DNA of 31,155 nt from the IMG/VR virus record IMGVR_UViG_3300044723_009044, positions 1 to 31,155 of that record, one strand, 5' to 3'. Position numbers and translations under genes: made by a program. Shown here piece by piece: positions 1-9,334 of this stretch (position 1 is its first letter; each line of letters begins with the position of its first letter). Source of the DNA: a virus. Its lineage: Duplodnaviria; Caudoviricetes. The notes beneath the pieces are model-generated. The model was not told the origin of the DNA. It was given only the letters and a program-made list of their open reading frames with translations, and did no database searches.

Positions 1-720
1 ACCGTATTTGGAATATTTGCTGACGGAGCTTCATCTCAGTCCCCTATTATAATCGGCACTCTTAATAAATTTGAAAGGCCGTCGATTGCTCAACAGAAGT
101 TAGCTGGTCAATCAGGTAATGCTGCAAGTTTTGCCGATAATAACATAGGGCGAGATGGAGTATTTATTCCTTTTGAGTTACAGCAAAGCTATAGTGAGGA
201 CATTAATATTGCTCAAAAAAGAGTTTTAATAATGCAGTTTTTTACATCTAATAGATTATCTCCAATAGCAGCGGCGGGTATAGTAGGCAATCTGCAGGCT
301 GAAAGCTCCCTTGATCCTACAAGGCCGACTGATGTAAAAGGAGAAGATTCTTGGGGATTAGCTCAATGGAATAATTCTCCAAATGCTGGCTATCGTCAAG
401 ATAAGTTAAGAGCATTTGCTAAACTTCGTAGTAAACAGCCAGATGATTTCTTTTTACAATTAGAATTTATTTTACATGAACTTAGGGGTGAAAAAAACTC
501 TCTTACAAATGGCGCAGCATTTGCAAGTACGTATACAAAACTTATTAACTGTAACCGCTTTGAGGGAGGAATAAGTAATAAGAATTCAACATGGGCGTTT
601 CTTGACAAGTACGAGAACCCTAAAAATAAAACTTCTAAATTAAAGAAAAGAGAAGAGTTTGCCAGATTTGCATTCGAAGATTACAATAAAGCTCTTTCAA
701 GTTCAATTAGCGGGTTATAA
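1..720 (+). CDS. gp5-like baseplate hub N-terminal protein (5' truncated): end of OB-fold plus phage tail lysozyme (Phage_lysozyme2-like) domain
   Basis: Frame 1 is open from base 1 (TVFGIFADGASSQSPIIIGTL...) and continues in frame into the listed 232..720 ORF. VFGIFADG..SQSPIIIG resembles the gp5 OB-fold motif (GFFxDG..QxPxIxG). AAAGIVGNLQAESSLDP..SWGLAQW..KYENP is the tail lysozyme signature with the putative catalytic Glu intact. Confidence 0.8.
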   Translation, partial: TVFGIFADGASSQSPIIIGTLNKFERPSIAQQKLAGQSGNAASFADNNIGRDGVFIPFELQQSYSEDINIAQKRVLIMQFFTSNRLSPIAAAGIVGNLQAESSLDPTRPTDVKGEDSWGLAQWNNSPNAGYRQDKLRAFAKLRSKQPDDFFLQLEFILHELRGEKNSLTNGAAFASTYTKLINCNRFEGGISNKNSTWAFLDKYENPKNKTSKLKKREEFARFAFEDYNKALSSSISGL

Positions 721-722
721 TA

Positions 723-2285
723 ATGTCTTCTCAATTTATTCATAGTATATTTTCTAATTTAAGAAAAGCACAAAATGCCGAAAAAAGTTTTTCTCTTCTC
801 AACCAGCTACAAACGCAAGCTGCTATTAGCAAGGTTTCAAAAGCTGGCGTAACAGCAGGAGATAATTTTAATGGATTTGCTTCTTTAACTGGTACTGATG
901 ACGTAATAAGTTCAGTAGCAGGATCTTCTCCTACTCAAGTTACTGGAGCTTTAGTTTTAACTGAGCTTACTTCTACCAATAATTCTGAGATTAGTACTAA
1001 AATTCTTAAACCTGTTACAGAAAGCTCAGATATTACTACCTTGACTGGTAGCTCAACTCTTGCAAGTTCAGGCCTACTTGATGATGTAGTTATCTCAGCA
1101 GCGCCAGAAGCGCAAGCAAAAGTATTAACAGATATTGTAGGAGCTTCTAACTCAGAGGTTAAAACATTAGTGGGTAAAAATATTGATCTTTCTAGTCCTT
1201 TAAGCCCTACTGGCTCTATTAATGCAATGGATGATTTTGAGATCTATGGAAAGTCATTTCTAACTTCAAGCTTTGATAACTTATTTTCTTCTTCAAATAC
1301 GTTAAGCAAATTAAAATCTGGTATTGTAAATAATTTTATATCTAGCGCTTTAAATGTTATTGCTAAAAACTCTGTTGGCTTTAATTCTATAATGGATAAT
1401 ATTGTAGAGGACAATTTAAAGCCAACTGAAACTGCACTTCAAAAAATGGTTCTTCCTGAAAATAATAAATCTTTATTAAATAAAAAAAATAAAATCCTGC
1501 AATTGGTTGCAAATAAGCAGTATTTAGAAGCTTCTAATATAATTACTCCTATTAGTAATTTAAGTCAAAGCGAAATAATATATCAATTAAAACTAATAGA
1601 TGTTTCTCCGAGTAAAAACTTAGTAGAAAATATAACGGTTAGTTCTATACCGGCTAGAGACTTATCTAAATTAAAAAATAATTGGCAGGGTAAAAATACT
1701 TCTCCGGTTTATTTTAATAATGCGTTTGCAAATGAACGAGAATTGTTAAATGAATTAGGCAACATTGAAAGAGACGTAACTGAAGTAGTTATTTTTAGCA
1801 CAAACTCTCCCAATGATGTAATGGCAAATGCTTCTATATTACAACAATTGGCTATAAATAAAGGCTTTGATGGTACTGGATACCATTATATATTTACACG
1901 TACAGGGGATATTCAGCGGGGTCGACCAGTAGATCTTGAAACACCTGAAAATGTCAGTCTTCCTAACGGTCACCATGAGCGATCAATAATTATAGCTCTT
2001 GTAGGAGGAATAGATAGAGAAACTGGTGATGGTGTTAATTATCGTGATTTTTACAGTTCAAGTTCTTATACTCAGCAGCAAATAAAACAGCTTAAGTTAT
2101 TTTTAAAATCATTATATGCTGTAAAACCAGGTATTCAAGTTTTTGGTATAAGTCAAGTAAATGATAATATACCTGGTCCTCATTTTGACGTGGACGCATT
2201 TATAGTAAATTCGTTTAAAAGAAAAAATAGACAAAACTATGATCCTAGTACTAGTCCTCCATTAAGCAGAAAAGATTTAATATAA
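723..2285 (+). CDS. Virion protein with Ser/Thr-rich N-terminal region and C-terminal N-acetylmuramoyl-L-alanine amidase (T7 lysozyme/PGRP) fold, Zn ligands apparently lost
   Basis: C-terminal ~170 aa: TEVVIFST..GYHYIFTRTGDIQRGRP..GHHERSIIIALVGG..YTQQQIKQL..VFGI..PHFDV follows the Amidase_2 motif order. Lies between the two gp5 halves. Confidence 0.75.
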   Translation: MSSQFIHSIFSNLRKAQNAEKSFSLLNQLQTQAAISKVSKAGVTAGDNFNGFASLTGTDDVISSVAGSSPTQVTGALVLTELTSTNNSEISTKILKPVTESSDITTLTGSSTLASSGLLDDVVISAAPEAQAKVLTDIVGASNSEVKTLVGKNIDLSSPLSPTGSINAMDDFEIYGKSFLTSSFDNLFSSSNTLSKLKSGIVNNFISSALNVIAKNSVGFNSIMDNIVEDNLKPTETALQKMVLPENNKSLLNKKNKILQLVANKQYLEASNIITPISNLSQSEIIYQLKLIDVSPSKNLVENITVSSIPARDLSKLKNNWQGKNTSPVYFNNAFANERELLNELGNIERDVTEVVIFSTNSPNDVMANASILQQLAINKGFDGTGYHYIFTRTGDIQRGRPVDLETPENVSLPNGHHERSIIIALVGGIDRETGDGVNYRDFYSSSSYTQQQIKQLKLFLKSLYAVKPGIQVFGISQVNDNIPGPHFDVDAFIVNSFKRKNRQNYDPSTSPPLSRKDLI

Positions 2286-4804
2286 TGCCTGAAATTTATT
2301 CTGAAGAAGATATTAAACAAGATGTGGAAAATCGCTCTTTAATTCAACATGAAGATCCCAGGGGTGAATTCCCTTCGGCTGAATACTTTAATTCTTCTAG
2401 TGTTAATTATGCTGCTACAGGGTCTAGAAAGAATGAACTTTATTTTAAGGGTAAAGCTGCAGCTGCGATATTAGAAGAAGAGTCAGAGGATATTATAGCT
2501 TCTGAATACCCTTTATGCCAAATACAGCAAACTATATCAGGCCATATTATTGAAACCGATGATACTATAGGCGCTGAACGTATATTAATAAGGCATAATT
2601 CAGGAGCAGGTATTGAACTAACCAAAGACGGTGGAGTTAAAATAAGCTCTCTAGATAATCAGATTAATGTTACTGGAGGTGACCAGACTATTATAGTTGA
2701 AGGAGAAGGTCAACTAATTTACAAAGGTAATCTTAACCTTAAAGTAACAGGCGATTTTAATGTAGACTGCCTCAACTATAATGTTACCGTAAGAGGTAAT
2801 AAAGTAGAAAAGATTCTTGGTAATATCAAACAATCTATTGCGGGTAATATTGAAAAGTTAGTTGGAGGCTCTTATGTAAAAGCTGTTACTCAAGCAGTAA
2901 CAAATACTTTTCTTGCTGGTAAGAAGCAAAACATTAAAGGTGAATATATTAACAGAGTAGAAGGGTCTGCAAGATATTCTACAAGCGATGATACTAAAAT
3001 TACTGCAGAAGATAAGCTTACTGTATCTTCTAACAATATGAACCAGTTTGCTAACTCTATGGCAGTTACTGCTAAGTCAGGTACTATTGGTAATCCTAAC
3101 ATGGTATTCTCAGGTAAAGGAGCTGTATTTGAACAAGGAGTAACAGCACCAACATTTCATGGTGATCTAAACGGATTAGCAAAGCTAGCGTCAGAAGCAG
3201 ACGCTATTACATTTGTGCATACAGCGAATGGAACTGAAGCGGGAAGTGCTTCTTGGGCAGATGAAACCAATAAAACCAATACTCCTGCTATTACTAAGCC
3301 TACCAATTCGATTATTGACGATTATCTCACTAAGTCAGCGGGTGGTATAAACAGAGTAAAGATTGATGTAGGAGACTTTATTAAAAATTATCTGGATAGA
3401 AGTGTGGATACTGGAGGTATATCTAATTCTGAAATAACACCAGATAAAGCCAGATCACGTCTTAGAGATATTTCAAATAGGAATAACTCTGCATTTATAT
3501 CTCATCTGCTATCTGAAGGAGTTATTAGTAGAGAGTGGAATTCCCCTATACCTAAAGGTACTGGTAGAATTATTTCACCCGATGCTACTCCAGTATCTTC
3601 TAGCTCAGATATAGATAGAATCGGATCTCAAACAGAAAATAGACTATCTGCATTTATTCCCAAAAGAGCTAATCCTCATATTTTACCTGAGGAAGTTTAT
3701 AACCCATATAAGCAAAAAGAGATTACGGCTGCAACTAAATTAGCTGAAGGTATTACATTATCAAAATTTTTAGGTTCTGATGATCCTACTAATATTGATT
3801 TTATTAGGGATCAGTCTGTAAGAGTAGAACTTGCAAAATATTTGTATATTCATGCACGTATTATTAAGTTGATACAGGATAATAAGACAGAATTTAAAGA
3901 CGTAAACTTAGAGGTAGCAGAAAGCATTTATAGACCAGGCCCCTCTGAAACAATTACACCGGGTTCTTTAAATGATTTAAAGTTAAAAGGTCGTACTGTT
4001 GTCTATAATGTAGTTGATAATAGCGGTAGGTCTAATGCAAGTAGAGCGTTTGAAGTTGCAGTTTTCTTAAAAGATAATTCAGTATATGATGAGTTTACAT
4101 TATCCTATGACACATTAGACTTAGATTTAGACACTGGCAAAGAGCTTCTTTCTTGCAGAATTATTATTACCTTGCCAGAGATAGATAAAAACTGGGTTGG
4201 AATATTTAATCGTAAAGTTAAAACTGAATTTAACTATAACGATCTTACCTCTGGAGATATGGTTGAGGTGTTACCGGAAAGTAGATTTGAATCTGAATTT
4301 GATGGCGTTCTTTCTTTAGGAAAAAATTATGGTATTAATTTAAGTCCGGCAAATAATCCTTATATAACTAGGCAAGGTGATAAAACTCATCCAAGTATCG
4401 CCCCAGGAGCGGTGGATAATATGAGTTCATTGTTAGCTAATCAATATACTCTTATGCAGCAATATTATGGAGGCAAGCTTATAATTAATGATGCATTACC
4501 TAAAGCCAATACTTCAAGAAAGGTTGCCAGAGTAGATAATGGATATAATCAGCATTGGTTTGGTAAAGCATTGGATATTAGTGTTGCAAGGATGAGTAAT
4601 GCACAAAAAGACAAACTAGTAGCGGCCGCGGCCAAAGCTGGATTTAAAGGGTTTGGATTTGGTAATACTATTTTGCATATTGATATTGGCGTTAGAAGAG
4701 TATGGAGTTATGATAATACGCATTTTGCTGGCCGTGAGGTTGGAAGCATTCGCCAACAGGATGGCTATTGGTTTAGATATGTTAGAGCAAATGCTGCTCA
4801 TTAG
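2285..4804 (+). CDS. gp5-like spike C-terminal protein (beta-helix) with C-terminal peptidase M15-like domain(s)
   Basis: EYPLCQIQQTISGHIIETDDTIGAERILIRHNSG matches the gp5 YPxxxxxxTxSGHxxExDDTxGxERxxxxHxSG motif and is followed by VxG/IxGN beta-helix repeats. C-terminal QHWFGKALD..LHIDIG is the M15 HxxxxxxD..H Zn motif. Confidence 0.8.
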   Translation: MPEIYSEEDIKQDVENRSLIQHEDPRGEFPSAEYFNSSSVNYAATGSRKNELYFKGKAAAAILEEESEDIIASEYPLCQIQQTISGHIIETDDTIGAERILIRHNSGAGIELTKDGGVKISSLDNQINVTGGDQTIIVEGEGQLIYKGNLNLKVTGDFNVDCLNYNVTVRGNKVEKILGNIKQSIAGNIEKLVGGSYVKAVTQAVTNTFLAGKKQNIKGEYINRVEGSARYSTSDDTKITAEDKLTVSSNNMNQFANSMAVTAKSGTIGNPNMVFSGKGAVFEQGVTAPTFHGDLNGLAKLASEADAITFVHTANGTEAGSASWADETNKTNTPAITKPTNSIIDDYLTKSAGGINRVKIDVGDFIKNYLDRSVDTGGISNSEITPDKARSRLRDISNRNNSAFISHLLSEGVISREWNSPIPKGTGRIISPDATPVSSSSDIDRIGSQTENRLSAFIPKRANPHILPEEVYNPYKQKEITAATKLAEGITLSKFLGSDDPTNIDFIRDQSVRVELAKYLYIHARIIKLIQDNKTEFKDVNLEVAESIYRPGPSETITPGSLNDLKLKGRTVVYNVVDNSGRSNASRAFEVAVFLKDNSVYDEFTLSYDTLDLDLDTGKELLSCRIIITLPEIDKNWVGIFNRKVKTEFNYNDLTSGDMVEVLPESRFESEFDGVLSLGKNYGINLSPANNPYITRQGDKTHPSIAPGAVDNMSSLLANQYTLMQQYYGGKLIINDALPKANTSRKVARVDNGYNQHWFGKALDISVARMSNAQKDKLVAAAAKAGFKGFGFGNTILHIDIGVRRVWSYDNTHFAGREVGSIRQQDGYWFRYVRANAAH

Positions 4805-4807
4805 GCA

Positions 4808-4815
4808 TATAAATA
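4808..4815 (+). promoter_or_regulatory. T4-type late promoter (gp55 sigma)
   Basis: Exact TATAAATA in the intergenic gap upstream of the gp25 gene. Confidence 0.8.
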
Positions 4816-4833
4816 AAAGAAAAACGGGCTAAA

Positions 4834-5274
4834 ATGACTAATCGAGTTTTATCAATTGAAGACGGAAATTTAGAGCAAAGCTTTGTTGTCTCTAAAGTAA
4901 AGACATTTTCTGATATTGACGTTTCGTTTACTGCGAAGCCTAATGGAGAAATATATAAAAAGATGGACGCGGCTGCTGTAAAGCAATCGGTAAAAAATAT
5001 TGTACTCACTAATCATTTCGAAAAGCCATTTCAGCCATATTTTGGTTGTAATATTTCGGCAATGTTATTTGAGATGGCAGATGGAACCACAACGTCATCT
5101 TTAAAAAGAACAATTAAAGATGCTATAGAATCTTATGAGCCAAGAGCTTTAGTTCAAGAGATAAATGTAAAGTCTCGTGCGGACTATAATACAATAAATG
5201 TTACTATAGTATTTCAAGTAGTAAATTCAAGAGAGCAAGTTACGCTATCTACAACACTTTCAAGGTTAAGATAA
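4834..5274 (+). CDS. gp25: Baseplate wedge subunit gp25 (sheath initiator)
   Basis: FSDIDVSF..AVKQSVKNIVLTNHFEKPFQPYFG..LFE..IESYEPR..LSRLR is the GPW/gp25 signature; 146 aa; immediately precedes gp6. Confidence 0.9.
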   Translation: MTNRVLSIEDGNLEQSFVVSKVKTFSDIDVSFTAKPNGEIYKKMDAAAVKQSVKNIVLTNHFEKPFQPYFGCNISAMLFEMADGTTTSSLKRTIKDAIESYEPRALVQEINVKSRADYNTINVTIVFQVVNSREQVTLSTTLSRLR

Positions 5275-7284
5275 ATGGCAACAACTATAAAATCAACAGC
5301 TTTAGATTTTAATAATATAAAAAATAATTTAAAATCTTATTTAGCTAATAAAGATGAATTTAAAGATTATAACTTTGAAGGTGCAGCTCTTTCAAATATT
5401 TTGGATGTGTTAGCATACAATACCCATATAAACGGTCTTATTGCAAATTTTGCTTTAAATGAATCTTATTTAAGTACGGCTCAGCTTAGAAGTTCAGCCG
5501 TGTCGCTGTCAGAAGGCTTAGGGTATGTACCTGATACTAAAACATCTTCTCAGGCTAAAATTAGAATTTACTTTACAAGTACTGATACCGTAAGAACTAA
5601 AAAAATTACTCTTCCCGCTTATACTAAATTTACTAGCGAAGTTGACGATGTAACGTATATATTTTCTACAATTGAATCGGTGGAAGCAGAAGATGACGGA
5701 ACAGGTTTTTACGAATTCAAGACTGCAGCTGGTTCTAATAAAATTACTATACACGAAGGTGAAGTCAAGGCTAAAAACTTTCTTGTAGGAGAAGTAAGTG
5801 ATAATCCTGTTTATGTGATTCCAGATCCTAATTTAGATGCTGATACGGCAATTGTTAAAGTATATACAGATACCACTGGAAATGATTTTTCTACATATTC
5901 TAATATTATTAATGCTAGAAGCATTAGTTCTAGAACTACCATTTATATCTTAAGAGAGTCTCCGAATGGCAATTTTGAACTATCGTTTGGTGATGGAGAA
6001 ACGTTTGGCATCGCACCAGTAGCTGGTAATAGGATAGAAATTCAATATATTTCTACTAATGGATCTGATGCTAATGGCGCTACAACATTTTCTCCAGTGT
6101 CGCAGCTTACAGCTGGAAATATTACTGTAACATTAAATACATCTACCTTTAATAATTCTACTGGAGGAGATAATAAAGAGACTATTGCCTCTATAAAGAA
6201 AAATGCTCCTTTTCAATATGCTTCACAAAATAGAATGGTTACGGCTTCGGACTATACAGCTTTAATTTTAAGACAATATTCTACACTAATTAAAGATATT
6301 ACAACTTTCGGAGGACAAGATGCTCTAGAGCCTGAATTTGGAGCAGTATTTACTTCTATCTTATTTGAAGACGGTGTAGATGAAACGACTAAATCAGAAA
6401 CTAAAATTAGTATTGAAACATTAGCGGAACAAGTAGCTATTTCGGGGTTTAATATTAGATTTGCAAATCCAGTTACTACTTTCATTGAATTAGATACATT
6501 TTTCCAGTTTAATTCATCTCTTACAGATCAAACATTAAATTCGATAACATCTAACGTGGTGGGCACTATATCTAATTATTTTGAAAATACTGTCGGTGGT
6601 TTTGGGCAATCGTTTAGAAGATCAAATCTACTTACGTTAGTTGATGACGTGAGTACTGCAGTACTATCTAGTAGAAGTAATGTGCGGATGCAACAAAGGT
6701 TTGTACCTTCTTCTCCAAACTTAATAGCAGTAATTAATAATATAACTAATAGCAGAATTGCTAATAACGCTGATATTCTTAATTATGTAGTATCTTTAGT
6801 AACAACAGGTCAATATGATAGAGCTGCTACCTTTTTAATTAATAATAATTATGCTACCTCGGTTAATTTTAATACCGTAAGATCTGAGTTATTATCAGCT
6901 TCTGCCTCCACAACTCAGACAATGAAATTTCCAGTTTCTATTGCTACTACTGACGATGATGAATATATAATTACGAGTAGCTCTTTTGTATTAAATAATA
7001 AAACATGTATTATTAGAAATAAGTTATCAACTAACGATTTACAGGTCGTATTAGCTTCTGGAACAGAAGTAGTAGTTGATAACATTGGTTCTTTTAATTC
7101 TGTCTTAGGAACTGTTACGATTAACTATTTTAATCCACAATCAATAATTGGAGGATTTAGTTATATAAAACTAGCGGCAGTGCCTTCAAATCAAAGTGCT
7201 ATTACTCCTACAAGAAACGACCTTCTAGAATATGATGCAGATGCATCTATTACTAGAGCGGTATCAACGAATGCTCTTAACTAA
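5275..7284 (+). CDS. gp6: Baseplate wedge subunit gp6
   Basis: LDFNNIKNNLKSYL..FKDYNFEG..LSNILDVLAYNTH..NESYLSTAQLRSS..LGYVP, ELSFGDG, and ETIASIKKNAP..SQNRMVTASDY are T4 gp6 motifs. Confidence 0.92.
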   Translation: MATTIKSTALDFNNIKNNLKSYLANKDEFKDYNFEGAALSNILDVLAYNTHINGLIANFALNESYLSTAQLRSSAVSLSEGLGYVPDTKTSSQAKIRIYFTSTDTVRTKKITLPAYTKFTSEVDDVTYIFSTIESVEAEDDGTGFYEFKTAAGSNKITIHEGEVKAKNFLVGEVSDNPVYVIPDPNLDADTAIVKVYTDTTGNDFSTYSNIINARSISSRTTIYILRESPNGNFELSFGDGETFGIAPVAGNRIEIQYISTNGSDANGATTFSPVSQLTAGNITVTLNTSTFNNSTGGDNKETIASIKKNAPFQYASQNRMVTASDYTALILRQYSTLIKDITTFGGQDALEPEFGAVFTSILFEDGVDETTKSETKISIETLAEQVAISGFNIRFANPVTTFIELDTFFQFNSSLTDQTLNSITSNVVGTISNYFENTVGGFGQSFRRSNLLTLVDDVSTAVLSSRSNVRMQQRFVPSSPNLIAVINNITNSRIANNADILNYVVSLVTTGQYDRAATFLINNNYATSVNFNTVRSELLSASASTTQTMKFPVSIATTDDDEYIITSSSFVLNNKTCIIRNKLSTNDLQVVLASGTEVVVDNIGSFNSVLGTVTINYFNPQSIIGGFSYIKLAAVPSNQSAITPTRNDLLEYDADASITRAVSTNALN

Positions 7285-8318
7285 TGTCACATAAAAGAGA
7301 TTTAACCCTAATTGATGATAATCGTAAATTACTACCATTTCATCGGGCTGAAATAGAAAAAGTATTACCTGATCATATAGTTCAGGATAATCCTAATCTT
7401 ATAGAATTATTTGAAGCTTACTATGAATGGATGGAAAAAGATTCTAATCCTAATGGTATACTTAATAGAGCGTATTCAACAAAAGATGCTACTACTATAC
7501 CCGCAGCGCAGCTTCCTTTTTTAGAAGATGAATTACTATTAGGGGATGCATACTTTGGTGGGTTTATTAATAAGAGAGAAGCTGTAAAGTTTTCAAATTT
7601 TTTATATAGATCTAAAGGTACAAAATACAGTATCGAGCAATTTTTTAGAGGCTTTTTTGGTTCTGATCCACAAGTAATTTACCCTAAAGAAAATGTTTTT
7701 AGAGTTGGGCCTGGTATTGATTTTGAAAAAAGTAATGTTAATACTTCGGGAGAGCAAATAAAAGCGAACGCTTCTAATTTAGGACCAGAATCACTAAAAT
7801 ATATTACAGACGATAAACTTTATCAGACACTGTCATTACTAATTAGAAGTACTATTCCTGTAGGCAAATGGTTAGATACTTATAAATTGTTTGTACACCC
7901 TGCAGGTTTTTTTATCGGCTCTGAGTTAGTTATTGAAGCTTTTAATATTAATCCCCTACCGACTCTACAAGATGATGTTGGTGAAAAGCCAGAAGAATAT
8001 ATTTCTATTCAAGTTGTAGCTTCATTCAATATAGCCGCTAGCGATGATATTACATTGTTAAATCCTGGAGATGCGGTATTTACAGTGCATCGTCAAGATG
8101 TAAATACTACTGCAAAACTAACTTCTAATATTCCGATATCATCTATAGATAATTACACATTACAAGAATTCTTGTCTCCAAATTCTCTTACTATGGATGA
8201 TTCAGATGTTATTCAAGTGGTTACGTTTGATGAAGATTCAAGTAATGCCAGATCTAGAGATTATATCTCTACGTTCGATAAAGGTATATACGATACTCAA
8301 TATGATTCAGCTAATTAG
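7284..8318 (+). CDS. Baseplate wedge initiator gp7-like (short form)
   Basis: LFEAYYEWME, LYRSKGTKYSIEQFFRGFFG and FVHPAGF motifs are typical of gp7 homologues of marine T4-like phages; located directly after gp6. Confidence 0.72.
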   Translation: MSHKRDLTLIDDNRKLLPFHRAEIEKVLPDHIVQDNPNLIELFEAYYEWMEKDSNPNGILNRAYSTKDATTIPAAQLPFLEDELLLGDAYFGGFINKREAVKFSNFLYRSKGTKYSIEQFFRGFFGSDPQVIYPKENVFRVGPGIDFEKSNVNTSGEQIKANASNLGPESLKYITDDKLYQTLSLLIRSTIPVGKWLDTYKLFVHPAGFFIGSELVIEAFNINPLPTLQDDVGEKPEEYISIQVVASFNIAASDDITLLNPGDAVFTVHRQDVNTTAKLTSNIPISSIDNYTLQEFLSPNSLTMDDSDVIQVVTFDEDSSNARSRDYISTFDKGIYDTQYDSAN

Positions 8319-8330
8319 CACAATTACTTA

Positions 8331-8338
8331 TATAAATA
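8331..8338 (+). promoter_or_regulatory. T4-type late promoter
   Basis: Exact TATAAATA in the intergenic region upstream of the 8363 ORF. Confidence 0.8.
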
Positions 8339-8362
8339 AAGTTAATCAATTAAGGCATAGAT

Positions 8363-9322
8363 ATGGTTCAAGAAGTAGTTAATGTCGGCAGCGCCGCGAA
8401 TGACGGTACAGGTGATACTCTTCGTGGTGCGGGCAATAAAATTAATAACAACTTTACTGAGTTATATGCTCAGTTCGGTGGTAGCAATCTTGGTAACGTT
8501 TCAAGAATTACTGATAGTGGATTAACTATCATAGGAAGTAATTTTGAAACTAATTTAAGAGCTGACGATCCTGCTGCAGCTGTCAATATTAATTTACCGG
8601 ATTCTTCTGGCACAATTACTTTAAATACTGCTATCCAAGCCCTTAGCAATAAAACGATAAATGCGGATAGTAACGTGTTTTCTGGTATGGCGAATTCAAG
8701 TTTTATATTATCTAATGCCGATGGGATTATTGACGGTTCTGCAACTCAAAAAGCGATTCCTGCAGGGGATGTAGTAGGTACAACAGATAATCAGATATTA
8801 ACTAATAAAACTGTAACTTTACCTACCGTCTTAAGACCGAATATACATGAATGGCTAGCCGATTCAAATGGTCACCCAGTTATTTCATTTACAGATACCG
8901 ATAACGACAGAAATAGATTTAAATTTGAAGGCAAGGTTTCTCCTAATGATCCGGTCCTTTCAGTCGTTGGCGCAGTTGATAATAATATTAATTTAAATAT
9001 TAATTCAAAGGGAACTGGATCAGTAAAAGTAAGTAAAATAGCTTATGGTAGTAATACAATATCTTCTACAGAAGCAGTATCTGAAAATGAGAGTTATATC
9101 AGGAGTACCGCAACGGCTAACATTGTTGCTATTGTAAATAATGGTACTACTATAGGTGAAGTAAAGGTATTTACTCATGACGGAGCTAACACTACAACAG
9201 TTACTCCAACTAATTTTTCTCAAGGAACTAGTATCGCACTATCACCAAATGATACGGTTATGATTATTTGGAGTGGCGCTCAATGGAGCGTTATTGGTGG
9301 TGAAGGCTATACAATTTCTTAA
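8363..9322 (+). CDS. gp9/gp10-family baseplate tail-fibre connector
   Basis: N-terminal VNVGSAANDGTGDTLRGAGNKINNNFTELY is the T4 gp9/gp10 N-terminal motif; 319 aa is a gp9-like size. Confidence 0.78.
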   Translation: MVQEVVNVGSAANDGTGDTLRGAGNKINNNFTELYAQFGGSNLGNVSRITDSGLTIIGSNFETNLRADDPAAAVNINLPDSSGTITLNTAIQALSNKTINADSNVFSGMANSSFILSNADGIIDGSATQKAIPAGDVVGTTDNQILTNKTVTLPTVLRPNIHEWLADSNGHPVISFTDTDNDRNRFKFEGKVSPNDPVLSVVGAVDNNINLNINSKGTGSVKVSKIAYGSNTISSTEAVSENESYIRSTATANIVAIVNNGTTIGEVKVFTHDGANTTTVTPTNFSQGTSIALSPNDTVMIIWSGAQWSVIGGEGYTIS

Positions 9323-9334
9323 TAGGGCATAACA

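Noticed and set aside
232-720. 162-aa standalone lysozyme starting at ATG 232
   Set aside because: The frame is open back to base 1 with a gp5 OB-fold-like motif, so the true start lies upstream of the window.
1-4804. Bacterial T6SS/eCIS locus rather than phage
   Set aside because: T4-specific gp6/gp8/gp9 motifs, the S74 fibre and repeated TATAAATA late promoters indicate a T4-like phage.
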